60,682 bases of DNA from Fluviicoccus sp. (GCA_041912575.1 JAYRMT010000001.1:1-60682); one strand, 5' to 3'. Shown: positions 1-10,373, counted from the stretch's first letter. A program made the numbers and translations. The notes: a model not told the origin generated them from the letters alone.

Positions 1-1
1 T

Positions 2-199
2 TCGCCGGAAGCGCAGGAAATTGCCGCCAAGAACTACTACCGTCCCATTGATCCGACGGTGGCCGCCAAGTACGCCAAGCAGTTCGCTCCGGTCAAACTT
101 TTCAGTATCAAGGACTTCGGCGGCTGGAGCGCGGCTCAGGACGCGCATTTCGCCGACGGCGGCATTTTCGACCAGATCTACACCCCGGGCGTGAAATAA
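2..199 (+). CDS. sbp: Sulfate ABC transporter substrate-binding protein, 3' end (partial)
   Basis: My translation of frame 2: SPEAQEIAAKNYYRP...FGGWSAAQDAHFADGGIFDQIYTPGVK*, the typical Sbp/CysP C-terminus; lies upstream of cysTWA. Confidence 0.9.
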   Translation, partial: SPEAQEIAAKNYYRPIDPTVAAKYAKQFAPVKLFSIKDFGGWSAAQDAHFADGGIFDQIYTPGVK

Positions 200-222
200 G
201 GCCGGTACGCGGGAGATTCGTC

Positions 223-774
223 ATGAGTCGGTTATTGATGGTTCCCGGTCTTCGCGGCAGCGAGCCGGAGCACTGGCAGTCTTGGTGGGAGCGTCTGGAT
301 CCGTCGATCCGCCGCGTCGAGCAGGCGGACTGGCATCTTGGCGAACTTTCCCGCTGGTCATCCGCCGTCATTCACGCAATCGATGAGTCGCCGGAACCGG
401 TCTGGCTGATTGCGCACAGCTTCGGCTGTCTTGCCAGTGTCGAAGCCGCGCGTCAGCGCCCGGACCGCATTGCCGGACTCTTCCTGGTCGCGCCGGCGGA
501 CCCTGCCCGCTTTGCGATTGCCGATGAATGCCTGAACTTTTCATTGCCGGCGCCGTCCATGGTGATCGGCAGCACCACCGACCCGTACCTGAACATCGTC
601 CGGGCATGGGACTGGTCAAAACGCTGGGGCAGCCAGTTTGTGAACCTGGGGCCGGTGGGACACATCAACGTGGCTTCCGGCCATGGGCCCTGGCCGCGCG
701 GCAAATGGCTGTTTGACCATTTCCGTTCCCAATTCGAGACAGTTACGCCGTTTGCCTGGCGACTTTCCGCTTGA
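223..774 (+). CDS. RBBP9/YdeN family alpha/beta hydrolase
   Basis: VPGLRGS..HWQ, AHSFGC nucleophile elbow, GHIN...G.GPW C-terminal motif. Confidence 0.88.
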   Translation: MSRLLMVPGLRGSEPEHWQSWWERLDPSIRRVEQADWHLGELSRWSSAVIHAIDESPEPVWLIAHSFGCLASVEAARQRPDRIAGLFLVAPADPARFAIADECLNFSLPAPSMVIGSTTDPYLNIVRAWDWSKRWGSQFVNLGPVGHINVASGHGPWPRGKWLFDHFRSQFETVTPFAWRLSA

Positions 775-880
775 TATTTCCCCTGGGAATAAGCAAGCAA
801 CCATTCGTTATTTTGATGGCTATAGACGGCTACTTAGAATGCCGCATCCCACGATCCGATTCTCCGGGAGAATCCGCCTC

Positions 881-1702
881 ATGAAACACCGCGTCCTGCC
901 GGGCTTTCCGCTGGCGCTGGGTTACACGCTCGTGTACCTCACCCTGATTGTGCTGATTCCGCTGAGTGCGGTTTTCCTGAAGACCGCCACCATGGATATG
1001 GACCATCTGTGGGCCACGATCACCGCACCCCGTGTTGTCGCAACCTACAAGCTGACGTTCGGCGCTTCGCTGCTGGCCGCCTTCATCAACACGGTGTTCG
1101 GTTTGATTCTGGCGTGGATCCTGGTGCGATACGAGTTCCCGGGGAAAAAGCTGGTCGACTCCCTGATCGACCTGCCCTTCGCCCTGCCCACGGCGGTGGC
1201 CGGTATCGCCCTCACCGCGATCTATGCGCCCAACGGGTGGATTGGCGAATATCTGGCCCCGTACGGCATCCAGATCGCTTTCAAGCCTGCAGGCGTTCTC
1301 GTGGCGTTGATCTTCATCGGCTTGCCCTTTGTCGTGCGTACCGTGCAACCGGTGCTGGCCGATATCGACAGCGAGCTGGAAGAAGCCGCCGCCAGCCTGG
1401 GCGCCAACCGCTGGCAGACGTTTCGCCGGGTGTTGCTGCCGATCATTTCGCCCGCGTTGCTGACCGGATTCGCGCTCGCCTTCGCCCGCGCCGTCGGCGA
1501 ATACGGATCGGTGATCTTCATTGCCGGAAATATTCCCATGGTGTCGGAAATCACCCCGCTGATGATCATCACCAAACTGGAGCAGTACGACTACGCCGGC
1601 GCCACCGCGATTGCCGCCGTCATGCTGGTGGTGTCGTTCATCCTGCTGTTTGTCATCAACTCGCTGCAAGCCTGGATGAACCGGCTGAAGGAGGCTGTGT
1701 AA
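881..1702 (+). CDS. cysT: Sulfate ABC transporter permease CysT
   Basis: [21 protein letters not shown] (EAA loop), [11 protein letters not shown]; ATG at 881 after GGGAG. Confidence 0.95.
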   Translation: MKHRVLPGFPLALGYTLVYLTLIVLIPLSAVFLKTATMDMDHLWATITAPRVVATYKLTFGASLLAAFINTVFGLILAWILVRYEFPGKKLVDSLIDLPFALPTAVAGIALTAIYAPNGWIGEYLAPYGIQIAFKPAGVLVALIFIGLPFVVRTVQPVLADIDSELEEAAASLGANRWQTFRRVLLPIISPALLTGFALAFARAVGEYGSVIFIAGNIPMVSEITPLMIITKLEQYDYAGATAIAAVMLVVSFILLFVINSLQAWMNRLKEAV

Positions 1703-2583
1703 TGGCCGGCGCTATCGGAGCAAGCTATCAGGGCGGTCGTCAGGCCGTCCGCCCCGCCACCCGGGAACCCGCCTGGGTCCGCTATACGCTGATTATCGTC
1801 GGGCTGGCATTCTTTGCCATATTCCTGCTGATGCCGCTGCTGACCGTGTTTGTCGAGGCGCTGCGCAAGGGTGTTGACGTTTATCTGGCGGCGCTGGTGG
1901 AACCGGATGCCTTGTCCGCCATCAAGCTGACCCTGCTGATCGCCGCGATCGCGGTGCCGTTCAACCTGGTCTTCGGTGTCATGGCGGCCTGGGCGATCGC
2001 CAAGTTCGAGTTCCGCGGCAAGAGCCTGCTGATCACCCTGATCGACCTGCCCTTCTCCGTCTCGCCAGTCGTCGCGGGCCTGATTTACGTCCTCGTTTTC
2101 GGCGCGCAAGGCTGGTTCGGGGACTGGCTGTTCGATCACGATATCTCGATCATCTTTGCCGTGCCGGGCATCGTCCTGGCGACCATTTTCGTGACCTTCC
2201 CCTTCGTGGCGCGCGAACTGATTCCGCTGATGGAAGCCCAGGGCAAGGAAGAGGAGGAAGCTGCGATCGTGCTGGGCGCGTCGGGCCTCAAGACCTTCTG
2301 GCATGTCACGCTGCCGAACATCAAATGGGGCCTGCTGTACGGCGTGGTGCTGTGCAACGCGCGCGCCATGGGCGAGTTCGGCGCAGTGTCCGTGGTCTCC
2401 GGCCACATACGCGGCGAAACCAACACCATGCCGCTGCACGTCGAGATCCTTTACAACGAATACAACTTTACGGCGGCGTTCGCGGTGGCCTCGCTGCTGG
2501 CCCTGCTGGCGCTGCTGACCATGGTGCTCAAAGCCGTGGTGGAATGGCAAAGCGGCAAACTGGCCTTCAAGCCGGATGAATGA
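1702..2583 (+). CDS. cysW: Sulfate ABC transporter permease CysW
   Basis: [33 protein letters not shown]; TAATG overlap with cysT. Confidence 0.95.
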   Translation: MAGAIGASYQGGRQAVRPATREPAWVRYTLIIVGLAFFAIFLLMPLLTVFVEALRKGVDVYLAALVEPDALSAIKLTLLIAAIAVPFNLVFGVMAAWAIAKFEFRGKSLLITLIDLPFSVSPVVAGLIYVLVFGAQGWFGDWLFDHDISIIFAVPGIVLATIFVTFPFVARELIPLMEAQGKEEEEAAIVLGASGLKTFWHVTLPNIKWGLLYGVVLCNARAMGEFGAVSVVSGHIRGETNTMPLHVEILYNEYNFTAAFAVASLLALLALLTMVLKAVVEWQSGKLAFKPDE

Positions 2584-2609
2584 CACTCCGATTCCCTGAG
2601 AGAAACACC

Positions 2610-3671
2610 ATGAGCATCCAGGTCAAGAACATCAACAAGCGTTTCGGCGGTTTTGTCGCGCTGGACAACATCAGTCTGGATTTCAACTCCGGCGAACTGG
2701 TGGCGCTGCTCGGTCCGTCCGGCTGCGGCAAGACCACCCTGCTCCGCATCATCGCCGGTCTGGAAAGTCCGGACAGCGGCGAAGTGTTCCTGGACGGCGA
2801 CAACGCCTCGCAGGCGCATGTGCGCGAGCGTCAGGTCGGGTTTGTGTTCCAGCACTATGCGCTGTTCCGGCACATGACGGTGTACGACAACGTCGCTTTC
2901 GGCCTGCGCATGAAGCCGCGCAAGCAACGCCCGTCGGAATCGGACATTCGCAAGAAAGTGATGGATCTGCTGAAGCTGGTGCAGCTGGACTGGTTGTCCG
3001 ACCGCTATCCCTCGCAATTGTCGGGCGGCCAGCGCCAGCGTATCGCCCTCGCCCGCGCGCTGGCGGTCGAGCCGCGCGTGCTCCTGCTCGACGAACCGTT
3101 CGGCGCGCTGGACGCCAAGGTGCGCAAGGAGCTTCGCCGCTGGTTGCGCCAGTTGCACGACGAACTGCACATCACCAGCATTTTCGTGACTCACGACCAG
3201 GAAGAAGCGCTGGAAGTCGCCGATCGCGTCGTGCTGATGAACAAGGGCAAAGTCGAACAGATCGGCTCTCCGGACCAGGTGTACGACCATCCGGAAACGC
3301 CGTTTGTGTACGGCTTCCTGGGCGCGGTGAACCTCTTCCACGGCAGGATCCACGGCGACAGCCTCCACACCGGCGAACTGGCGCTGCCGGTCGGCGAGCA
3401 TGGTCTGGTGCAAGGCGCGGAGGTCACCGGTTTCGTGCGGCCGCATGATCTTGAAATCGTGGTGGGCGACAGTGTTTCCGGCGGCATCCCCGCCACCGTC
3501 ACCCGCATCCTGGCGTTCGGCGCGAGCGTACGCGCGGAACTCACCGGCGCGGACCAGCGGCACTTCGAGGTGGAATTGACCCGCAACGACTTGCAGCGGC
3601 TCAATGTCCACTCGGGGCAGCAGGTTTTCCTGAAGCCGTCACGGGTCCGGATTTTCGAGAAGGCGTCATGA
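2610..3671 (+). CDS. cysA: Sulfate ABC transporter ATP-binding protein CysA
   Basis: Walker [29 protein letters not shown]-terminal TOBE-like region. Confidence 0.95.
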   Translation: MSIQVKNINKRFGGFVALDNISLDFNSGELVALLGPSGCGKTTLLRIIAGLESPDSGEVFLDGDNASQAHVRERQVGFVFQHYALFRHMTVYDNVAFGLRMKPRKQRPSESDIRKKVMDLLKLVQLDWLSDRYPSQLSGGQRQRIALARALAVEPRVLLLDEPFGALDAKVRKELRRWLRQLHDELHITSIFVTHDQEEALEVADRVVLMNKGKVEQIGSPDQVYDHPETPFVYGFLGAVNLFHGRIHGDSLHTGELALPVGEHGLVQGAEVTGFVRPHDLEIVVGDSVSGGIPATVTRILAFGASVRAELTGADQRHFEVELTRNDLQRLNVHSGQQVFLKPSRVRIFEKAS

Positions 3672-3738
3672 TCGCAACCTGAGCGGAGCACGGAATGGGC
3701 TATGATCCTCGACACCGTTTACTGGAGTTACACCGATC

Positions 3739-4317
3739 ATGAAAACCATTCGTCCCGCAGCCGTCGCTGCGACATTATTGCTGACTGCGAGTGCAACCGG
3801 CGCCCAGGCCGGCGACCTCTATGGCGGCATGGATTACATGCGCATGACTTACGAGGAGAACGGGATTTCCGAGTCGGTCAATCCCGACGGCGTGCAATTC
3901 CGTTTGGGCAGCTTTATTGATCCGGCCATCGCCCTTGAGGGCCGGGTCGGCCTGGGCCTCGGCGAAACCTCGTTCAGACCGATGCCAGTTTCAGTGCCCG
4001 GCGGGACGGTGATGGTGTCCCCCTCCATCAAGATCGACAGCTTTTTCAGCGGCTACATCCGACCGGAGCTCCCGCTGGGCGAGGCTTTCCATATCTACGG
4101 ACTGGCCGGATTCACGGCCATCCAGACCACCGGCAAGGGATCGGTGGGCGGCTTCAGCGCCACCGCCACGGAGTCCGGCACGGAGTTCTCCTACGGCGCG
4201 GGCGCGACCTTCAAGATCGACAAGACGGTCTGGATCCAGGCGGAATACCAGAGCCTGGTCGACAACGGCGATGTCACGCTCAACAGCCTGAACGTCGGCG
4301 TCAACGTCCGCTTCTGA
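3739..4317 (+). CDS. Outer-membrane beta-barrel protein (OmpA-like 8-stranded porin family)
   Basis: Signal peptide ending AQA, alternating amphipathic strands, C-terminal Phe (VNVRF). Confidence 0.8.
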   Translation: MKTIRPAAVAATLLLTASATGAQAGDLYGGMDYMRMTYEENGISESVNPDGVQFRLGSFIDPAIALEGRVGLGLGETSFRPMPVSVPGGTVMVSPSIKIDSFFSGYIRPELPLGEAFHIYGLAGFTAIQTTGKGSVGGFSATATESGTEFSYGAGATFKIDKTVWIQAEYQSLVDNGDVTLNSLNVGVNVRF

Positions 4318-4326
4318 TCGGGCGGC

Positions 4327-4351
4327 TCCGGCGCGGAAAATCCGCGCCGGA
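4327..4351 (+). terminator. Hairpin after the OMP gene (possible terminator)
   Basis: TCCGGCGCGGA-AAA-TCCGCGCCGGA inverted repeat; no immediate U-tract. Confidence 0.45.
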
Positions 4352-4527
4352 CGGCAGCGGTATTTTCTTGCTGAAAGACGACTATATCGCCAGCCGTATA
4401 ACACTTCCTACACTTTTCAGCCCTTTTCGGCTAACATTCCGCCACCGAATTTCTCCGCATTGCCGCCGGCTGCCAAGCCTTGCCGGACAATCGCCGGAAC
4501 CACCCCAGCCGATACGAGGACATCACC

Positions 4528-7143
4528 GTGCTTGAAGCCTATCGCCAACATGTCGCCGAACGCGCCGCCCAGGGCGTTCCCCCGAAGCCGCTCGATGAAA
4601 AGCAAACCGCCGATCTGGTTGCGTTGCTGAAGAACCCGCCCAAGGGCGAAGAGGCCTTCCTGGTCGACCTGCTGGAAAACCGCGTTCCTGCCGGTGTGGA
4701 CCCCGCCGCCTACGTGAAGGCCGCCTTCCTGGCCGCCGTCGCCAAGGGCGAAGCGACCTCCCCGCTGGTGAGCGCAAAGCGCGCCGTGTACCTGCTGGGC
4801 ACCATGCTGGGCGGTTACAACGTCGAACCGCTGGTTTCCCTGCTGGACAACGCCGAACTGGCCGCCGACGCCGCCACCGCGCTGAAGTCCACCCTGCTGA
4901 TGTTCGATTCCTTCCATGACGTGGAAGAAAAGGCCAAGGCCGGCAACGCCTACGCCAAGGCCGTGCTGCAATCCTGGGCCGATGCCGAATGGTTCACCAA
5001 CCGTCCGGAAGTCCCGACCGAAATCAAGCTGACCGTGTTCAAGGTCACCGGCGAGACCAACACCGACGACCTGTCCCCCGCCCAGGATGCCTGGAGCCGC
5101 CCGGACATCCCGCTGCACGCCAACGCCATGCTGAAGAACGTACGTGACGGCATCAACCCCGAAGAGCCCACCGTCAAGGGCCCGATCAAGCAGATCGAAG
5201 CCATCAAGGCCAAGGGCAACCTGGTCGCCTACGTCGGCGACGTGGTCGGCACCGGCTCCAGCCGCAAGTCCGCCACCAACTCCGTGCTGTGGTTCTTCGG
5301 CAACGACATCCCGCACATCCCGAACAAGCGTGACGGCGGCGTCTGCATCGGCTCCAAGATTGCCCCGATCTTCTTCAACACCATGGAAGACGCCGGCGCG
5401 CTGCCGATCGAACTGGACGTGTCGCAGATGAACATGGGCGACGAAATCGTCCTGAAGATCGACCACGCCACCGCTCTGGTCACCGCCTTCAAGAACGGCG
5501 CTGAAATCGCCAAGGCCCCGCTGAAGACCCCCGTGCTGCTGGACGAAGTCCGCGCCGGCGGCCGCATCAACCTGATCATCGGCCGTTCGCTGACCTCCAA
5601 GGCCCGCGAATCGCTGGGCCTGCCCGCCTCCACCCTGTTCCGCCTGCCGCAGCAGCCCGCCGACACCGGCAAGGGCTACACCCAGGCCCAGAAGATGGTC
5701 GGTCGCGCCTGCGGCCTGCCGGAAGGCAAGGGCATCCGTCCGGGCACCTACTGCGAACCGAAGATGACCACCGTCGGTTCCCAGGACACCACCGGCCCGA
5801 TGACCCGCGACGAACTGAAGGATCTGGCCTGCCTCGGCTTCTCCGCCGGTCTGGTCATGCAGTCCTTCTGCCACACCGCCGCCTACCCGAAGCCGGTGGA
5901 CGTGCAGACCCACCACACCCTGCCGGACTTCATCATGAACCGCGGCGGCGTGGCCCTGCGTCCGGGCGACGGCATCATCCACTCCTGGCTGAACCGCATG
6001 CTGCTGCCGGACACCGTCGGCACCGGCGGCGACTCGCACACCCGTTTCCCGATCGGCATTTCCTTCCCGGCCGGTTCCGGCCTGGTGGCCTTTGCCGCCG
6101 CCACCGGCGTGATGCCGCTGGACATGCCGGAATCGGTGCTGGTCCGCTTCAAGGGCAAGATGCAGCCCGGCATCACCCTGCGTGACCTCGTGCATGCCAT
6201 CCCCTACGCCGCCATCCAGCGTGGCGAGCTGACCATCGAGAAGAAGGGCAAGAAGAACGTCTTCAACGGCCGCATCCTCGAAATCGAAGGTCTGGAAGAC
6301 CTGACCGTGGAACAGGCTTTCGAGCTGTCCGACGCCTCCGCCGAGCGTTCCGCCGCCGGTTGCTCCATCACCCTGAGCGAAGCCTCGGTGAAGGAATACC
6401 TGACCTCCAACATCACCATGCTGAAGTGGATGATCTCGGAAGGTTACGGCGACGCCCGCACCATCGCCCGCCGTATCGAAGCGATGGAAGCCTGGCTGGC
6501 CAACCCGAGCCTGCTGCGCGCCGACAAGGACGCCGAATACGCCGCCGTGTACGAGATCGACCTGAACGAAATCAAGGAACCGATCCTGTGCTGCCCGAAC
6601 GATCCGGACGATGCCAAGCCCCTGTCGCAAGTGGCCGGCGCCAAGATCGACGAAGTGTTCATCGGCTCCTGCATGACCAACATCGGCCACTTCCGTGCCG
6701 CCGGCAAGCTGCTGGAGAAGGTGGAAGGCGGTTCGCTGAGCACCCGCCTGTGGCTGGCTCCGCCCACCAAGATGGACCAGCACCAGCTGATGGACGAAGG
6801 CTACTACAACATTTACGGCCGCGCCGGTGCGCGTACGGAAATGCCGGGCTGCTCGCTGTGCATGGGCAACCAGGCCCGTGTGGCGCCGAACACCACTTGC
6901 GTGTCGACCTCTACGCGTAACTTCCCGAACCGTCTGGGTCAGGGTTCCAACGTGTACCTGGCGTCCGCCGAGCTGGCTTCCGTGGCCGCCGTGCTGGGCA
7001 AGCTGCCGACCGTGGAGGAGTACATGCAGTACGCCGCCAAGATCAACAGCATGTCCGGCGACATCTACCGCTACCTGAACTTTGACCGCATGAGCGAGTA
7101 CACCGCCAAGGCGGACAAGATCAATGTGGCGCAGTTGACCTGA
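4528..7143 (+). CDS. acnB: Aconitate hydratase B
   Basis: GTG start after GAGG RBS; [34 protein letters not shown] Fe-S motifs. Confidence 0.98.
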   Translation: MLEAYRQHVAERAAQGVPPKPLDEKQTADLVALLKNPPKGEEAFLVDLLENRVPAGVDPAAYVKAAFLAAVAKGEATSPLVSAKRAVYLLGTMLGGYNVEPLVSLLDNAELAADAATALKSTLLMFDSFHDVEEKAKAGNAYAKAVLQSWADAEWFTNRPEVPTEIKLTVFKVTGETNTDDLSPAQDAWSRPDIPLHANAMLKNVRDGINPEEPTVKGPIKQIEAIKAKGNLVAYVGDVVGTGSSRKSATNSVLWFFGNDIPHIPNKRDGGVCIGSKIAPIFFNTMEDAGALPIELDVSQMNMGDEIVLKIDHATALVTAFKNGAEIAKAPLKTPVLLDEVRAGGRINLIIGRSLTSKARESLGLPASTLFRLPQQPADTGKGYTQAQKMVGRACGLPEGKGIRPGTYCEPKMTTVGSQDTTGPMTRDELKDLACLGFSAGLVMQSFCHTAAYPKPVDVQTHHTLPDFIMNRGGVALRPGDGIIHSWLNRMLLPDTVGTGGDSHTRFPIGISFPAGSGLVAFAAATGVMPLDMPESVLVRFKGKMQPGITLRDLVHAIPYAAIQRGELTIEKKGKKNVFNGRILEIEGLEDLTVEQAFELSDASAERSAAGCSITLSEASVKEYLTSNITMLKWMISEGYGDARTIARRIEAMEAWLANPSLLRADKDAEYAAVYEIDLNEIKEPILCCPNDPDDAKPLSQVAGAKIDEVFIGSCMTNIGHFRAAGKLLEKVEGGSLSTRLWLAPPTKMDQHQLMDEGYYNIYGRAGARTEMPGCSLCMGNQARVAPNTTCVSTSTRNFPNRLGQGSNVYLASAELASVAAVLGKLPTVEEYMQYAAKINSMSGDIYRYLNFDRMSEYTAKADKINVAQLT

Positions 7144-7168
7144 TTCTGTCGGGTTGATTGAGGAAAAT

Positions 7169-7199
7169 GGCCCCCGCAATTGCGGGGGCTGTTTTTTTT
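7169..7199 (+). terminator. Rho-independent terminator of acnB
   Basis: GCCCCCGC-AATT-GCGGGGGC followed by TGTTTTTTTT. Confidence 0.9.
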
Positions 7200-7262
7200 G
7201 GGGGGGTGACGGAAGGATGTCAGGGGTGTCTTGGGGGGGGCGACGGATTGTGACCGGGGAAC

Positions 7263-7676
7263 TTAGGCGGAGCCCGAACCTTGCGAGCCTGTGACGGATG
7301 GATGGGCGAGCGACTTCAGCTGGTTCACGGCGGCGTAAAGGATTGGCAGCGCTGCGTATACCAGCATGGGGGCCAGCCAGGCGTCCCAGAACAACGCGCT
7401 GGTGATGGCCAGGCCGAAAACCAATCCGACGAAGACCAGTGCGGTGACGCATTGCATGAGTTCTGTTCCCTTGCGGATAAGGGCCAGACCGGTGGAAAGC
7501 GCGATGACCAGCGACCAGCCGATGAAGGGGTTGCTGACAAGCCGCCAGGGGGTTGTCTTTGGCTTCCAGTCGATGATGAGGCCGAGGCCGGGCATGACGA
7601 GTACGGCGGTCAGGAGTATGACGGCGGCGAGCAGGCTGGCGGAGCCGAGGTGATTGAGGTGTTTTATGGAGGGCAT
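7263..7676 (-). CDS. Hypothetical membrane protein (about 4 TM segments)
   Basis: ORF from MPSIKHL with four hydrophobic segments; no family recognised. Confidence 0.7.
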   Translation of the reverse strand: MPSIKHLNHLGSASLLAAVILLTAVLVMPGLGLIIDWKPKTTPWRLVSNPFIGWSLVIALSTGLALIRKGTELMQCVTALVFVGLVFGLAITSALFWDAWLAPMLVYAALPILYAAVNQLKSLAHPSVTGSQGSGSA

Positions 7677-7702
7677 GGTCGGAGGTTCGAGGGAGTGAGG
7701 GG

Positions 7703-7766
7703 GTGAAAGCTTGAGATCAGGCCGCGGCCAGTCAGGGGCGGTCGACCCTGCTGCGAATTGTTGGGC
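7703..7766 (-). mobile_element. Degenerate integron attC site
   Basis: Minus strand GCCCAAC-AATTC-GCAGCAGG...CCCTGACTGGCCGCGG-CCTGATC-TCAAGC-TTTCAC: RYYYAAC R'' box just after the DUF4145 stop, imperfect palindrome, R' box decayed. Confidence 0.65.
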
Positions 7767-7779
7767 TCCAGCGGGACCG

Positions 7780-8475
7780 TTACTTTCCTCGCCGCTCGTT
7801 CCGCCTAGCCTCTGCAATGCGGAGACGCTCTGGTTCGGTGTATAGCCGCTCTAGCAACGCCATGGTGAAATCCAGAAGATCTTCTGCGTCCTCCTTTGTG
7901 AGCGTTCCAGCGTGGGCACCATCGTTTCCGTCTTCTTTTATGCAAGATGACAGGCCCTTTAACTCCTTGGGGAGATAGCCATTTTCGATGAGCCACGGAA
8001 GCCTCAAGCCGAGATCGCGACGAACCTTGGCGTTCAGCCCCTGAACCTCTTCGTTTGGCAATAGTGCACGGGTTGAAAGGTCTACGCAGAGACGAAACAT
8101 TGTTCCCGAAGCGTTGTGACACGCAACCGACAGGCAAACGGCTGCTTCTTGGAATACCGCAGATATGTCCGCAGGGACATGCGCTGGTGACTCCACTGAC
8201 ACCCGATCTCTGACACTGATGAATCTCTCGACTTTCACATAGTTATTGAGCGATCCCTCCACTTTCAGAAGACCAACTTTTTGCACATACCTATAGTCAG
8301 AACTTGATGACTCACTAAGAAGGAATATGGATGCTTTGGAACAGTGACGGCAGACAGAGAAAGCCTCATACCAATGCTGCCATTCATACCTGACCCCAAC
8401 GACTATTGCTGACAGAACTTCAAACGTGATGTGCTTTGCACCGCATCGCGGGCAGTCTGCGACCAACTCTGCCAT
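7780..8475 (-). CDS. DUF4145 (HEPN-clan) protein with N-terminal Zn-ribbon; putative gene cassette
   Basis: CPRC...CRHC; VPADISAVFQEAAVC...ASGTMFRLCVD...GNDGAH...DAEDLLDFT; lower GC than flanks. Confidence 0.8.
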   Translation of the reverse strand: MAELVADCPRCGAKHITFEVLSAIVVGVRYEWQHWYEAFSVCRHCSKASIFLLSESSSSDYRYVQKVGLLKVEGSLNNYVKVERFISVRDRVSVESPAHVPADISAVFQEAAVCLSVACHNASGTMFRLCVDLSTRALLPNEEVQGLNAKVRRDLGLRLPWLIENGYLPKELKGLSSCIKEDGNDGAHAGTLTKEDAEDLLDFTMALLERLYTEPERLRIAEARRNERRGK

Positions 8476-8514
8476 TCGAGTTCCCTCATGAATTATTGAA
8501 AAATTTTCTTATGC

Positions 8515-8563
8515 GCACAACGTTTGAGTTCCGGCAGCGGCCGCGTGCAGCGAGTTGTTATGT
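8515..8563 (-). mobile_element. Shortened integron attC site
   Basis: Minus strand ACATAAC-AACTC-GCTGCAC-GCGGCCGCTGCC-GGAACTCAAAC-GTTGTGC, starting 6 nt after the upstream stop; 49 bp, so an internal deletion is likely. Confidence 0.7.
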
Positions 8564-8569
8564 GACTTT

Positions 8570-9316
8570 CTACATAAAGACGTTAGAGATTAACCAGTTC
8601 TTATACACTTGATGATTGGCGACCTTCAGGCCTAGCTTTTCGGCACCGAGACAAGCCCTCTCAATGGCGAAGTACGCTTCATCAAAGACGTTGATTTTAA
8701 GATGTTCTTCATCACGGCCATCGTGATGCTTTAGTCGATTCCTTGCGTCATTCCACTCATTAAAAGCATCTCTTTGGGTTCTATCGCCTGCATAAGACAG
8801 CCCAGTGATCTCTCTTACGTGCTCTATATGGCTCCACGTATCTTCTGCTGGTGGCGTCTGACCTTGTTGCTTGAGTAGGCCGGAGAAAATTCCGTCTGCC
8901 GCGCCCGCCAAAGTCACCGCCGATATTCGGCTTCCATTAATAAACAAATCGATGGCATCTTGGAGTTGGGTAAGTGCGATATCTGCCTTACTTAACAGCA
9001 CATCATCTTCATAGCCAAGCGTTGGTGGCGGTGACTTTTCCGATTTATCTGGAACCGCGAACGTCAGATCTACGGAAATATCCACCCAATCAAAACATTC
9101 ACGAAAGTCTCCGACAATCTCCACGTCCTTTCTTCTCTTTGACTCATCGCCGAATGCTAGTCCATCTCCTTCCGGGTATTGGCTTGCGTAGTAGCCACGG
9201 CTCCTAATTTTCTCTATGGCTAGTCGCAACCGACTTGAGACCTTCTCGGCCTCGCCTTTATTCCATAGCAAGTTGCCGTAGAAGTTCCCCCTTGGCGGTT
9301 TCAGTATTGCTTTCAT
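8570..9316 (-). CDS. Hypothetical protein with a C-terminal Rx4H (HEPN-like) motif; putative gene cassette
   Basis: Low-GC ORF; start chosen at MKAILK after AAGGAG; SAVTLAGAA...ARNRLKH. Confidence 0.72.
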   Translation of the reverse strand: MKAILKPPRGNFYGNLLWNKGEAEKVSSRLRLAIEKIRSRGYYASQYPEGDGLAFGDESKRRKDVEIVGDFRECFDWVDISVDLTFAVPDKSEKSPPPTLGYEDDVLLSKADIALTQLQDAIDLFINGSRISAVTLAGAADGIFSGLLKQQGQTPPAEDTWSHIEHVREITGLSYAGDRTQRDAFNEWNDARNRLKHHDGRDEEHLKINVFDEAYFAIERACLGAEKLGLKVANHQVYKNWLISNVFM

Positions 9317-9535
9317 GGGATGCCACAACTCCTTCTCAGTCCTATAATTTGGCGACACAGTTCGCCTCACACGTTGTCTGACCAGAAATAAATATATAAT
9401 ATCTTTTATAAACAATTCATTACAATGATCTCAGCCTTGTTATGCGACCTAAATCCGCGTGCTGCTCTCCCCAGCAAAATAGAGCCAAGCCCCCTTCCCG
9501 TCAACCCAAACCACTAGACCGCCCGCACATCCCAA

Positions 9536-9730
9536 TCACTTCCCCTCCTGCAAAAACGGCAAAGCCGCCTGCAAAAACGCCTCCGGCGCATCCACCTGCG
9601 CAAAGTGCGACGCACGCTCCAGCCAAACAAACCGCGCATCCGGAATCAGCATCGCCAACTGCTCCCCAACCCCCGGAGGCACCATCTTGTCCTGCCGCGC
9701 ATACATCCGCGCCTCCGGAATCCCCGGACT
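9536..9730 (-). pseudogene. C-terminal remnant of an alpha/beta hydrolase
   Basis: YARQDKMVPPGVGEQLAMLIPDARFVWLERASHFAQVDAPEAF carries the acid and His region, but no N-terminal domain or nucleophile lies upstream. Confidence 0.6.
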
Positions 9731-9806
9731 ATGATTCACCAACCGGCTCAGCGCCGTGGGCTCCTGCAACGCCAGCCGTATCTCCAGGCATCCCTGCCCA
9801 ATGCCT

Positions 9807-10373
9807 TCAATTCGGCGACAACTTCCGCACCATCCACGACTGGAACCGCTGCCAGGACGACGCATCACTGGCCTTGCAGCGCGGATCGGTCTTCTGCAAC
9901 GCCGTAATCACGCTATGCGGAATCGGCAGCTTTTCACAGCCATGATTCTCCTCGCAAATCATGTCCCACTCGGGCTTCGCCGCCACATGACATACGAAAC
10001 AGTTCTTCTTGAAGCGGTTGTTCACATCCGCAAATCCGCGCTTGCGGATCTTCGACCCGTTCTGATCCACGTCCAGCTCGAAAAATTCCCAGTCCTTGGT
10101 CACCGGATTAAAGCCCGTCTCCCGCTTCACCATCACCTCCGTCGGCACCAGCTGCACCACCGAACCAGGCGGATACACGCCGCCGGTGGGTGAATTGGCG
10201 ACTTTCAGGGTGTCCTCGATATTCCCGGTCAGGTTATCCACAAAGAAACCGCGCACCGGCTTCATGTCCTGCAGGCAGTGAAAGGATTTCTCGGTAATTT
10301 CCATCTCCGCGCTGACCGGCAAGGCGCACAGGGCCAACAAGGCGGGAACGGCAAAACGGGCGACAACATGCAT
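9807..10373 (-). CDS. Exported monoheme c-type cytochrome, cytochrome P460/c'-beta-like
   Basis: Signal peptide; YPPGSVV...VMVKR...DWEFF...CFVCH heme motif placed towards the C-terminus. Confidence 0.6.
   Translation of the reverse strand: MHVVARFAVPALLALCALPVSAEMEITEKSFHCLQDMKPVRGFFVDNLTGNIEDTLKVANSPTGGVYPPGSVVQLVPTEVMVKRETGFNPVTKDWEFFELDVDQNGSKIRKRGFADVNNRFKKNCFVCHVAAKPEWDMICEENHGCEKLPIPHSVITALQKTDPRCKASDASSWQRFQSWMVRKLSPN

Noticed and set aside
7197-7240. G-runs as a functional G-quadruplex
   Set aside because: Irregular runs, better explained by the local G-skew described in the findings
4417-7452. 1011-aa antisense ORF over acnB, and similar ones such as 26202-28964, 14830-16698 and 47449-49398
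   Set aside because: Shadow ORFs produced by high-GC codon bias opposite well-supported genes; no recognisable motifs
9330-9445. A complete third attC or attI site
   Set aside because: Only an R''-like heptamer is clear; I found no convincing palindrome or R' box
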